DNA from: Camelus dromedarius
Lineage: Eukaryota
Direction: 5' to 3'
NCBI RefSeq assembly: GCF_036321535.1
Contig: NC_087437.1
Location: forward strand, 43,464,001 to 43,528,000
DNA: 64,000 nucleotides
Position 1 is the stretch's first letter. Every line of letters starts with the position of its first letter. Shown in pieces: positions 37,869 to 50,900 of the stretch. The notes below the pieces were generated by a model. It was not told the DNA's origin. It worked only from the letters and a program-made list of their open reading frames with translations, and searched no databases. The translations under genes were made by a program, and so were the position numbers.

Positions 37869-38639
37869 TGAAAATTACTTTTTAGAAAGCTTTTGAAGTT
37901 TGGCAGTGAAGGACAATGGGAAATTTACAGATAATTTTATTCAAAAGCTTGTTTTGTAATTATTAAGTGTTAAGGTATCAAGGTCTATAATTTTAGGTGG
38001 AAAAACTACCATAGTTCCGTTTTCAGTAGGTGCCACTCTATTTTGTGTAGAAATTAATTTATTTTCTTCATCAACACTATAAACGACATCCTTGAACCAA
38101 GTGGATTTTGAGTATTTCTTGCTATTGTTCACATATAACAATCCCAACAGTTAAAAAAAAAATTTGTTTTCCAAAAATTCTAACTGATTAAGTATCAGCT
38201 AAGAAGATAGTGTAAATCAGTGGCTTGAAAGTATTCCTTGAAAGGAAAACAATAACTAGGTGAACAGGAGTGCTATATCACAGTCCGTTAGAGCTAGAAT
38301 GACCTCTGTGTGTCATTTATCATTCATTAATGTAGTCTCATCGTTTAGAGAGAAGAACTATTTGTACCTAATTTTTTTTCTTCGAAATACAAGTATTACT
38401 GAAATCATTGCCTTTGTGATGAACATAGTCACTTATTAATATGTTATTTCTTTATTACTTTACAACTGCCTTTTCTAATAAGATGTATGTACTCAAATAC
38501 TCTGGTTACTAATTTAGCAATGATTTAAGTATGATAATTATGTATGATAAATATTACATTTGTTATGTTCTCTCCTAAGTATGACATTACATCAGACACT
38601 AATAATAGCAACCAGAGTCTTGTCTTGGCAATGGTACTA

Positions 38640-39400
38640 TCTCATTTATTCATTCATTCACTTGTCCAACAAACAGTTTCTTTGCAATTGTTCTATACTA
38701 GGCTACAGTAAGTTTCCCCTGAGAGAAGAGCTTATTATCAAGTAGAGAACCAGATATATAGGAAAATAGTTGCAGTCCAATATGGTAATGTATATAGTGG
38801 AATTGTACAATTGTGTGTATAGCAAGTAGAATCTTTGTCAAAAGGGTACTTTGCTAAATATAGGAAATCAGGGTGATTGTGAGAAATAAGTGAGATAACT
38901 TAAGGGTATGGCATTCAGAAAGTATTCAGGTCTGTTAGAGCTAATTGGTTCATCATATACCAAATATTTATTGAGGATCTTCTGTGTGCCACACACTGTA
39001 TGAGACTCTTCAGATATAAAAGTTAAAAAGGCAAGCTCCTTGCCCATCAAAGAGCTTACTGCCAAATAAAGGAGACAATAGAAGAAGAGAGTAAATAAAA
39101 TCATTACAATTCATAATGATATATACTTAAAAAAAACTGCATCATGCTTTTAGAAACCTAGAGGGGAGTGACTAATTAGCTTCCTAAGTGGATTGGGAAG
39201 ACTTCACTGAAGAGAGAAAGTAGAGGAAGAAGAAGCGGTTTTGATAGATGAATTGGAGTTTGCTGGGCAAGGAAAGTCAATCCAAGGAGCAGGAGTAAAA
39301 ATTGTATCAGTAAGATGGTCTGAAAGGGAATGACAAGGAAGTCTACTATAAGAGTATGAATTTCAGGGAGATATCTCAGGATGAGTTAAGAGACAGGTAA
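38640..39400 (-). mobile_element. L2 LINE fragments (two adjacent 3' ends)
   Basis: 'cattcattcacttgtccaacaaacagtt' and 'aaatatttattgagg...ctccttgcccatcaaagagcttac' are L2 tails. Confidence 0.7.
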
Positions 39401-39499
39401 GGTTGATCACACCAAGAAATTTTTTAACAGATGAGCGTGCAGATTCTTCTGAAAGGCATAGATCTTTCATTTTAATTTGTAACGTTGCAGACTTAAAAT

Positions 39500-40565
39500 G
39501 GCAGGGCAAAGTAGAAGATTTTAATACAGTTGACCCTTGAATAACGTGGGCTTGAAATGCCTGGGTTCTCTTATATGCTAGAATTTTTTCTAATAGTAAA
39601 CACTAGAGTACTTTGCAATCCGTAGTTGGTTGAATCTGCACATGCAGAGAAAATATGGATATGGAGAAACCTCGGGTAATGAGGAACTATGGGTATGGAT
39701 GGTTGACTGTAAGCTATACATGTATTTTCAACTGTGCAGAGGGTTGGCATCCCTAACCCCCCTGTTTTTCAAAGGTAAAGTGTATATCAATCTCACTCTA
39801 AGATAGGACAAGATGAAATAGATATAGAAGAACTAAATAGCATAATCAATAAGGTAGGTAATATAAATATATATTGAATGTACATCATAATAGAACATAT
39901 AGATTCTTCACAGGTGCACTTGGAGCATTCATAAAATTTGACCATTTATTAAGTTATAAAGAAAATCTTAGTATGTTATAAAGTTTCAATAATGCCAGCA
40001 TTTTCTTATCAATACACAACAGAACTAGATATTGATTTAAAAAGACTTTTCAACCTGGAAATATCAGAATTCTCTACTAAACAACTCCTGAGGAAACCCT
40101 AATATCAGAATTTCCAAAAATTAGTACTAAGGCTTCACATATTTAAATCTATGTGATACAAATAAAGCAATGATAGGAGAAAAATGTATAACCTTAAATA
40201 TTTATATCAATAAACATGAAAGAATCATATAAAGGAATTAATTTCTCAGCCCATAAAGGTAGAAACAACAACAAATCAAGCTTAAAAAAGCAAAACCACC
40301 AGAAGGAAGTAAATAATGAAGAAATGGACTGAAGTTAATTAAATAGAAAAGAGAAAAACAGTAGAAATAAGACACATCAAATGTTGGTGTTTTGACACAT
40401 CAGTAAATTAAACAAGCCACTGTCTACTGTATCAAGAAAAATAGGGAGAATAAAAAATAGAAGGAAATAAAGTATTATTATACATAAAGAGAAAAAAACT
40501 AAAAATTATGAAGCTCTTTGCCTGACTCATTGAAAATAGATTAGAAAATTAGGTAATTCTCTAGG
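39500..40565 (+). mobile_element. Old L1M ORF2 fragment, interrupted by a Tigger2-type MITE
   Basis: 'gtagaagattttaata...gatatagaagaactaaatagcataatcaataa...catttattaagttataaagaaaatctta' matches the L1 endonuclease region. Confidence 0.75.
39527..39782. mobile_element. Tigger2-derived MITE (Tigger2a-like)
   Basis: TA|cagttgacccttgaata ... tttcaaaggtaaagtg|TA; homologous to the 12957 copy. Confidence 0.9.
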
Positions 40566-40759
40566 AAACAGGGTGCACAGACTATAATACATTCACACAG
40601 TAGAATACTATGTAACACTGGGAAATAATGAGAAGTATTTCAGTTTAAAGATATAGAATAGTTTCTATGACATATTGTGAATTGAAAAAAGTAAAGTTCA
40701 ACATTGTTTATGTTGACAAATACAAGTTCCCAGCAATAATATCATCCCTAATGTTTAAC

Positions 40760-41648
40760 AGAAAAATTTAAAAATATGTTAGATATGTGAAGAATCAGGA
40801 AAGCATGACTCAGTCAACAAAATAGCAGTTAATATAAACAAAGTTTGGGTGATTCACATTTTGAAGCTTGTAGAAAAGGACTTTAAGGCCACTATTATAA
40901 ATATATTCAAGGATTTAAAAGAAAGAGTGTTCACAGTAAATAAATCTGTGGAGAAATCTCAGCAGAGAATTAGAAACTATAATGAGCCAAATGAAAAATA
41001 TAGGGCTAAACATTATAATATCTGAAATTTTAAAAATCAATGATAGGCTTAAAAGAAAATTGGAGACTGCACAGGAAAAAGTTAGTGAACTTGAAGACAG
41101 ACCAATAGAGGGTACTCAATCCAAAGAAAACAGGACACACTTGAAAAAAAGTGAAGCGTCTCAGTAACTTGGGAGACAATGTTAAGTGATTTAGTTACGT
41201 GTAATATGAGTCCGGAAAAGAGTAGAGGGAAAAAATGGAGCAGAAATTTTTTTTGAGAAAATAAGTTGAATGCTTACCAGGTTTGTTTAAAGATACTAAG
41301 TTATGGATTCAAGAGTTTCAGTCAATATAGATGGGATAAACAGAAAGAGAAACACATTCAGATAGATCTTCGGCAAGCTGCTAAAATCCAATGTTAAAGA
41401 GAAAGCCCTGAAAGCAACCAAAGGAGGTAAAATATCACTACACGGGAAAACGACATGCACCATGGCAGAGTACGGATGAGGATGGAATGGTATCTCAAAA
41501 GTGTTGAAAGGAAGGAAAAATTGAACCCAGGATTTTATTTCTAGTGATAACATCTTCCAAAAGTATGGGTTAAATAAATACATTTTTACATAAATAACAA
41601 CAGTCAGAATTCATCATTAGCAGACTTATACTATAAGAAATGAAAAAA

Positions 41649-41699
<51 letters not shown>

Positions 41700-41990
41700 A
41701 TAGTTTTGATGCTAAGGGAAATGACCCCAGTGGAAACTCTGATCTACAGAAAAGAATGGAGGGTATGGAAATGATAAACTGGGGGGTATATAGAAGAGAT
41801 AATCACTTTTAGAAGAAATAATCACTTTTTATTTTCTTATTTCTTTAAAAAATTTCTGTCAAAAATAATGTACTGTGGGATTTATTCCATATGTAAGTAT
41901 AAAATATGTGAGAAAAATAGCACGAAGGATAAGAGAATAAATGAAACTATGTTGTTGTGAGGTTCTACTATTTTAAAAGAAGTAATAAAA
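40760..41990 (+). mobile_element. Old L1M ORF1 region
   Basis: ORF 40982-41167 (DRLKRKLETAQEKVSELEDRPIE) is ORF1p-like. Confidence 0.85.
41646..41701. repeat. (AAAT)14 microsatellite
   Basis: Perfect tetranucleotide run. Confidence 0.97.
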
Positions 41991-42459
41991 TTTATTATCA
42001 AATAGCTTGGCAAAACAATAATGTGTGCGTGTGCATGAGTGTGTGTGTGAGAGAGAGAGATATTAAGAGAGATTGTGGTAAAAATGTTAATAGTTGGTGA
42101 ATTTAAGAAATAGGTATTCATTAGTCTTTCAACTTTTCTATAGTTTGAAAAGCTTTAATAATAAAAAGGGAGTAAAGGTAATAGCAGATTCTAAAGTACT
42201 AATAACAGGACACATTTTAATGATAAAAAAGTAACAAATAAGGGAAGATCCCAAGAAAAACATTTTGGAAAGACATAAAGACAAGACTTTACTCCTAACA
42301 CAGTGGTGGAATTTAGTAGGTATAAACTATTTTTAGATACATTAGTTAATGAATAGGTACTTGAGAGATGGGAGATTAGAAAGAAGAAAAGGAAAATAAT
42401 TCCGAGTATTAACCCACCACCTTAATTTGATGAATGTATAGGATAATAATTAATAACAT

Positions 42460-42745
42460 GAATTCTGGAGCCAGATTCATAGTTAGAGTTTGAATCTTGA
42501 CTTTCTTACTTACTTACTATGTAATTTTAGACAAATTACTTGACATCTCTATGTCTTAGTTTTGAGCAAGTTTAATTACAATACCTGTCTGTATGGGTGT
42601 TATGAGGATATAGATGTATGTGTGCATATGTCCATACATACATCATATATATACATATATATGGACACGTATGTACATATCCACATCATACATACATAAA
42701 ATACTTAAAGGAGTGATAAGTACTATAAAAATGTTAGCTTTGGTT
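42460..42745 (+). mobile_element. MIR SINE with internal TA/CA low-complexity tract
   Basis: 'ctggagccaga...gagtttgaatcttgac...acaaattacttgacatctctatgtcttagttt...ttatgaggat'. Confidence 0.75.
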
Positions 42746-43043
42746 ATATTATATAAAAAGCATTTTAAAATGTTTTCAAAGAAAGCTGCATATTTAATGA
42801 GATATCTGTTTTATTAATAAATACAATATATAGCCCTAGACTTATTTTTTTTAATTTTATGACAAAGTCTTCATTTATTATTTGTCAGTTATTTAATCTT
42901 GTCTTCTGAAATATATTTGGAAAATATTCTTAAAATACATAACCAAGCCTTGACTTCTGAAAGAGAGATTTTTCTTGGTGTGGAAGAATGATTCAGGCGT
43001 GATTTAAACATTTTAAGACATTACTTTAAATCCCTCTGCGTCA

Positions 43044-43623
43044 TATGGTAGGCTTCTTCTGCAGTGGCTTGTGGTGATCCCACGTCCTCATACTCACACT
43101 GTGGTGTAACCCCCTCCCCTTGTGTGTGAGCACAATCCCGACTGACTCTCTTCTAGAGAAGAGACTATGGCTACTGTGATGAGGTTATAGAAGACAGTAA
43201 CTTTTGTCTTGTCCTTATTCTCCTCCACTCAAACGCCCAGCTCTTCTCACTTACTTGGTCTGAGGAAGCCAGCTGCTGTGTTGTGAGCTTCCCTCTGGAG
43301 AGGTCGATGAGGTGAAGACCTCGGGCAGCCTTTGACCAATGGCCAGAGAGAAATGAGGCCCTCAGTTCAACAAACCTGGACAAACTGAATCCTGCCAACA
43401 ACCACATGAATGAGCTGGGAAGCAGACCCAAACCCTAGCTGAGCCTTAAGATGACTGCAGCCCTGGTCCATACCTTGACTGCAGTCTTTTTAAAGACTCT
43501 GAGCCAGAGGACCCAGCCAAGCTGCACCAAAATCTGAGACCCATAGAAACAATGAAATAATAAATATTGTTTTAAGCCATGAAGTTTTGGGTTACTTTGT
43601 TGCATCATGAAATAACTAATACA
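43044..43623 (+). mobile_element. MLT1 (MLT1F-like) MaLR solo LTR
   Basis: 'gaagccagctgctgtgttgtgagc...ctgaatcctgccaacaaccacatga...gttttaagcca...taactaataca'. Confidence 0.92.
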
Positions 43624-46289
43624 CTTGGCTTTGTAAAAGTATATTTTTAAAACAAATTTGAATAGCTGGATAGCTTAATGACATTTTTGAGATCTTAAAA
43701 GGGCTATTGCAATAGACTTAATGCCAACTTCACCACTATACAAATGATTCTTAGAGTAATTATTCATGGTCTCACTAATACAATTTTGCAGAGGCAGTTT
43801 ATTCTGTATCTTTTTTTCTTCGTTCCCCTGATTTAGAACAGATGATCTAGTAACTAAAGTAACTTGAAAATAATGGACTTTTTACATTAAAATATTCCAG
43901 AATTATCTGGCTCAAAGGAAAAAAGTGAATTTATGTCAAGATAGGGTTTTGACATCCAGTCAATTTATTTTATATATATAAGTAACCTGTCAACTTATTC
44001 CAAAGCTGAGTATCCTTTTTAAAAGTGTCTTTTCTTACTTAGTTTTCCCTATTGAGCAAGATGTTCCATCTATCATACAACTAAAAATACAGTTTTTAGA
44101 TGGATTGTGGAGCAAATCTCTGCGTGTATATGTATGTGCATCTCATAATTTTAGTTGTTTTTAGGTTGCAGACAGTTCTACTATGATGGAGTAACTAGTG
44201 TCTTGTCAACAAAGGTGTCTCACACGACCTGGAGGTAGAATCATGATTCTGTGACACCCTTTCTCTTTAAATTCTTTAAGTGCTAACCTTAAATTGGTTC
44301 TTGCTGTGAATAAAGTATGTTTTGGCCAGACTTCCTATGTGAATGACTTGTTTGTGTTGGAAATTATGACCCAAACCCAAAAATTCAGAGCCAACAATCT
44401 GCTCGAATAACTGGCCTGGTGTTTGATAGAAGAAAGATTTGGCAGAAAGTAAGTTCTTCAAGATTTCTCACTGAAACTAATGTATTTTTCTGATTGTGAT
44501 AGTCTGGGTGATAAAAATAGTAGTAACATGAAGAAACTTACTTGACACACTTGATCTAAAATCCTTTTCCTTCCCTGTATTCCTGAGTTCTTTGCTTGAT
44601 GCACCTTTTAGCTGTTTCACGTTTCACCGAAAGAAGTTGTGTTAAGTAACTCCTTCAGATAAAGGGAAAAAAACCAAAAACATAATCACAAAGGAAAATA
44701 GGTAAATAATGATACTATGTTTAAAGTCGTCAGAGTTGGCAGATCTTAATCTTTTTTCTTCTGTTGCTGAGAGACTGAAATAAATATGATAAATTTACCT
44801 TCCTACCTCCCAAGCCTCATTAAATTAATCATAGGACAAATGGGAATTAAGTAAAACAAGAATATGTTTTGGGGGTGCATTTTTACTGACTATAGAGGCA
44901 GTCTTAACTGTCCTAACTTTTACTTCTACTGAGTATTCAGAAACAATAGATCAATGATTGCAAATTCAATATCTGGAATTGATTTTCTTCTGTTTTAAAT
45001 TAGAGAAGAGATTTATAATGGTGTTTGTTTAGAAAATGCAACTTTAAAGTCCACATGGAAAGTCAGTGTTACTTTTCTCCGTGGTGACATTACAGAGTTA
45101 GATAAAGTTTTAATTGGATTAAAGTAGCAGATCTGAGTAGATTTCTGTGAAAATAATTATTCTCAGGTCTTCCCTGCTCTGGTGGGCACACAATGTTCTA
45201 CCAGAGGAATTTTGTTTGGCAAATTTGTTACGAATCTGTGCAGACCAGCTCTGTTGCCTAGTTTAAGTCATCTGTTACCCTCTGTGCCAGGGCCCCCACA
45301 CATCTAAACTTGGACACCCTCTAAGAAATGGGATAATCAAATTCATCTATTTGAAGAAAATAGTTTGGGGCACTTGGGGAAACATTCAAAAGGACATAAA
45401 TATTAAAGAAAGTAAATGGAGACTGTTCATGTACAGAGAATTGTTTTGAGAATCAGGACGCAGAAGTCCTGAAAAGCACACCCTTGTTCTTTACTTTGAA
45501 GCTATCTGGGATTTCCTCTCAGCAGGCTGGCCTGGGGCAGACCTGGGAAGTAGGGGAGGTTGGAATACTTTTTCTTCCTCCTTGCATCATTTCTTTAGCA
45601 GTGTGTGTGCATTTGCATTTTAACTGGGCTTCCTTGCTTTGACTACTGGAAATTGGCATTTCAGGCACTGTGAAAATAGCTGAGAGGGAAAGGGTTTCTG
45701 AGTCGGGTGGCCTTTCAGAGCTTCTCCAGGGTCACTGTGCAGTGGCTGCCTGCTGTGTCTAAGCACTCTAGGGCCCTCGCTTGAGGACAAGTTAGGAAGC
45801 ACAGTGAAGACGTTGTATGGGATGCAAACGTTATGTGAAATATGTCAACGTCCGTTGGAAATCAAGTCTGTCCCAGCCTGCTACCATGAGCCCGGTCTGC
45901 TAAATATTCTGACTTCTTCTTCCTCCCTTTCTAAACCACACATGTACTTGATTTGAACCTGGTAAGTCCATTTCTCACTCAGAATTAGCAAAACAGTAGT
46001 TGCTTATCAGAAATGTTCACCTTAGACTGACTGACTTTATTTGCAGGCTTTTAAAGTTTATGCTTATCTAAGATAATATGTGGAGTAAAAATGCATTTTT
46101 AATTTTTAATGTAAAAAATCAAACTGAAAGCATTTTGTTGAACAGCAAGTATACTCCACATTAAGGTATGTGGGGATGGAGTGGTACTAGATGTTTAGTT
46201 ACACCTATAACATGCCAGGTATAGAGAGAAATGAGCTGGTGGGGAGAAGAGAGTTATTGCTGTCCATACGTGTATATGTGTATGTGATT

Positions 46290-46820
46290 CTGTGTTGAAC
46301 TGTGGGGTGGAGTTAAGGAGGATAAGTAAGTTTCATAGGAGGGACTCATGTTCGAAGACAAGAGATTTGCACAGGGTTTGGAGAGGTATAAAGAATGGAG
46401 TTGAATCTTTCATGAAAAGCTGGAAGAGGCTACATGATATCGAGGCCAGAATAAGTGTGTGTTTGCATAATGCATGGAATAAGTAATATGTTATCTGTAG
46501 CAGAACCTCACAGGGAGGTAAGTTAAAATAATTAGGGAGAACTTGATTGCCTTGAATGATCGACTGAAGCACTGAAAGTCTGTCCTGCAGTTTGTGAGCC
46601 TGGATGTAGAATGGTCAGAGTGGTGTTTTGGAAACGTAACTGATCACTGGGCACAGGCCAGATTCGAGGGGAAGAGGCCAGATGAGGGAGACAAGTTAGA
46701 GGTTATTGCAGTGACCAGACAAATGACGACCATGGAAATGAAGAGGAAGGGAATCTCCTGTGAGATAGTTTGAAGAAGTAATTAATGAGACATCCTGTTT
46801 ATATAAATGTGGCACATGAA
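46290..46820 (-). mobile_element. L2 LINE fragment
   Basis: Purine-rich L2-like sequence including 'agttagaggttattgcagtgaccag'. Confidence 0.6.
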
Positions 46821-47188
46821 GGAAGCTATCAGACCCCTAAGATACCAACAACATGTGTGTCACACACTTTCTTCCTATATTTGGTAAAAATAAAACTCAT
46901 GTTATCTAAACATATATTTTCTGGTACCAAGTGAATACATTAAGGTTGGATGAAGGAGAAATGCAATCAACTGAGTTGATAGTAGTGCGTGGAGATGTGA
47001 AACTGGACCACACAGCGGACAATGTAGGGAGCTCATTGATTATGCACCTGTCTACATGGTTTTAGGCCTGGAAGTCAAGAGATGATAAAGAAACCATCTC
47101 AGTGTGTCAGATGAGCAACCAGAAAGTAGTTTGAAGCTCATTCTTCTTATTTCTGAAAAAGCTGTATACTAGAGTGGCTATTAACACG

Positions 47189-47687
47189 TGAAGGGGAGGA
47201 AAACTTTTCCCTTCTTCCTTTCTAGATTCTTTGGCTGGCCTAATAATTAAATTGACATAAGACACATTGACAGGAGTAAAACAAACTTAATTTTTTACGT
47301 GTGGTAACTCTACCAAGATATGAGACTCAAAGAAGTGACCAAAGCAAGTAGTTTTTATACCTTTTAGGCAAAGAAACAATAAATTTGTGCTGAATTGACA
47401 AAACAAAATGTTTGGGCTTTGGATAGCTAGTTAGTGAGGAAGTAACAAGGCTCGTCTGTTCAGCCCTCTTGGCCCTGAATTCCCTGTCTCTGGTGATATA
47501 GATGTCTCCTTACCTCCTGGTACAGGGAGGGTCCCTTTCACATGGGAGATTTATTTCCTGCTTTCAGGGGGACAAAGGAGGGTCAGAGTGTCCTTCTGGC
47601 ACCTGCTGTTTCTTAAAGTAACTTTAATTCAAAATAATAAATATGCCAAAGTGGCATGTCTTGGGTGGCATATTTTGCTCCCCTTCA
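47189..47687 (-). mobile_element. ERV1-like solo LTR
   Basis: TG...CA ends with 10 bp inverted termini tgaaggggag/ctccccttca; degenerate 4 bp flanks cacg/cata; TATA-like tataaaaact on the minus strand near 47350-47359. Confidence 0.85.
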
Positions 47688-47930
47688 CATAGGATTTGGA
47701 GACAGAAAGAACAGGTTTTGAGTTCCAGCTCTAAAGCTTACTACTTGTGTGACCTGGGTTGAGAGACTTAAACATCACCAAATGTCCGTATCCTCATTTG
47801 TAAAATGGAAACAACAATAGAACCTTCCTGTAGGGTACTTGTGAGGATTAAATGAGACTGCTAATGTACAATACTAAGCTTGGCATTCAGTAATCGATCA
47901 GTACATAAATATTAGTTGTTGTTATTATGG
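47688..47930 (+). mobile_element. MIR SINE (5' tip left at ~47165-47188)
   Basis: 'gagttccagctct...tgtgtgacctggg...tcctcatttgtaaaatgg...gtgaggattaaatgaga'. Confidence 0.88.
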
Positions 47931-50900
47931 TGGTGGTATGATACGGACAAATGAACATAGAATGATGACTTGGGAGGTGGTTAGAAGCAGTGTGGAAGTC
48001 TGAGTTTTCTGCAAGTCTAACGGAAAACTAAGACTATGAAAGGTGGAATTAAAGAGAACTTAGACAATTTCTGCCTAAGATTTTTTTGTTAAACTGAAGA
48101 TAAAAGTACCATATGCATTGTCATTGGTTATTACTTGCCAGATAATTTATAACATGCACCTCACAATCCCTGGCATTTTAATATAAAAGTTTGTATGTTA
48201 AATATCAGGTCATTAATTTGAAAAGTATTTTATTAGAATGTCTGGAATGGCTAAACATATAAACTGATAAATTACTATGAAGTTGATGTACTCATTAAGA
48301 GTAAGGGGCATGGCTAAGACCTGCATTTTTCTTTTTAATGAAACTCTAAAATAGGAAAACTTCTGACTTTCTTGGTGACCACATGGGAAAATAACAGGCT
48401 TTGAGGCAGCTTTCAGTTTTCTGTTACTGTATCATTTGATTAGAATTTCTTAAAAAGATGGCTGATTATTTGAACCTGAAAACAGTAAAATGTTGGTAGG
48501 ATATTGAAGGACATGGGTTTGTAGAGAAATGGAACCAATTAGAAAGGAGGTGATGAATGCTTAATTGTAGCCTAATTTACCTAAGAAGATGTCAGATGGA
48601 CATTTGAAAATGTGAATCTGGCAAGCAGGTAAGAAATATTCTTAGTTCATTCAGTTACTTATTAAGCACATGCCTTTGTTGAGAAACCATGCTAAGAATG
48701 TCCAAGAGTATAGAGTTAATTTTCTGCTTTTCAGTATCTTATATATAGGTTAGGTCTGGTTATAGGATCGGGAAAGTTAAACATTCACAACTCGTAAGAA
48801 TAAAACTACAGAAGTGGTGGGATCGTCAAGAGTGCTGATGCCAGGATAAAGCATTGTGGTTCAGTGGTAGGATCTGAGTTAAAATTAGGCAACAGAAATG
48901 TGAGGCTGGTTGGTTCTATAATGCTGTCTAATTGCTTCCCACAGTGTTGGCAGTCCAGGGCAGGAACAGACAAAGCCGACACTGTGGGTGACAGAGGCAA
49001 GGGTATCAGTGTGGCTGCTGTAGCATAAAGGAATGAGTTAAGGCTTGGTTTGGGAGCCCCACAGGAAGAACTGACCAGAGAGTCCGAAATGAGTTCATGA
49101 CCAGAACAGCTATGAAGATGCTAATGGTATATGAGCGACTGGGGAATAGATGAGTGAATCATTACCACTATTAATACACCTGTGTAGTACATGTGAAACA
49201 TAAATGACCCAAATTGAAGACATTAAGATGTATTGCTGCTCCGAATGTAAGGGGTATAATACTCCCTTCTTAATAAAGTGAGTGGTTATGAATAACACCT
49301 GCCTTCTTATATGTAATTTCATCTGTGTCAAATGGTTCCATTGCCTAAATAATTCCTTACGTTATGTTTGTATGATATTAATTTAGAGCATATAACTTAA
49401 CTATTCAATGAGAGTCTCAAGAGAAAACAAATCAATAAAAAATAAAATTTTCGGTTTAATGAGTTCCAGAAGCATGGATTATTAGAGCTAGGACTAGAAA
49501 ATGTTTAATCCAACTCCCCACCCTTTTTTCTTTTCAAATGAAGAAATCATATACAATTATATTAGGGATATAGGGGATATTCCTTTAATACCATTTCAAT
49601 AACAATATTCTAATCAATCATAAATTTTATGTACAACCTATACATATTTTAGCATTTTATTTCATGAAGATTAACTAAGAGTTTTGCTGCATACATTTCA
49701 ATAAATTTTAAAAGATAGAATTTCAGAGTTCTAAGAAGGCAAGGCCACTTTAGAATATCTGAATAGTGTCAGGATGAACGTTTAAGAGCATATCTTTTGA
49801 GCATAGAGCGGACGAGATTTACCTAAAGTCATTTCTTCCACTAGTAGAAAATTCTAAACCTTGAAATAACTCCTTTGGATTAAGACACTGATTCTTTGCT
49901 TCAGTTCTCTTCCTTCTAGAAGTCCATATACGTAGCAGTGAAGCCTAAAAGATTATTTTCAGTATTTTGGAAATCCTCATGAAAACTTTAATTTATTTCT
50001 CCACATTTGGTTGAATGTATAGCAGTCTTAATTTCATGCTAATCGGAAACTCAGATGAACTATTACTGGCATCACTGGAATGTGATTGGTGGAACAGACT
50101 TACTTACTATATCACATATCTGGTCATCACAGTGGCCATTTGGATCAATTATTTCCACAAAAATACAAAATGATAGTCAAAATCTTCTAAAACATAGGGT
50201 CTACAGGGGGAAAAAATGAAGCGATTTTTATTTTTGGTTAAAAAAATGAGAACTGCTATTTTTAGAGCACTTATAATATCCTGAGTTAAAATGTAAATAT
50301 TGCCTGGAATGACACAGTAAGTAAACTGCTGGCTCCCACCCAGTACAAAAGCAAAGACTGGTTTATCAGATACACTTGCAGAAAGCAGAGACCTATATAA
50401 TATGCAGAAAAGATGTCAATCAAATTGAATGCAGCAGAAAGGTCAGGAACAGGACTCTTCTGGGAATGTTTGTAACATAAGCTTATTTGGAATTCGGTGT
50501 AGAAGGAGCATCTCAAAATAATAGACTTAATTCTGAATAGAGGATTGAGGTAATGATAACATTCATGGGCTTCTGCCTTAAGACTGGCTCTGTTTAAATC
50601 CTAGGAAAATAAAGAGAATTAAACAGACTTTGTAAATCACAATTATTGCCCATTTTCTGTTGGCAGAGATGATGATGTGCTAATATTTATGGTTAGGCTT
50701 CTATGGTTTAGGTGTTGCTTGTGATTATAATTTCACACTAACTTAAATTATGTTTATTTTAGTAGAAACATAGATATGAAAAAGGAAATATTTAATTCAA
50801 AGCTGTTTTTCATACTTATAACCAATTAAAATATGAAAATAGTAAGTTTAATTTCTGAGGTATTACTTATTTTCTTGTTGAAAACATTGAAAATCTGGAG

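Noticed and set aside
44237..44250. 14 bp perfect palindrome agaatcatgattct
   Set aside because: An isolated palindrome of this size is unremarkable in 64 kb of AT-rich DNA.
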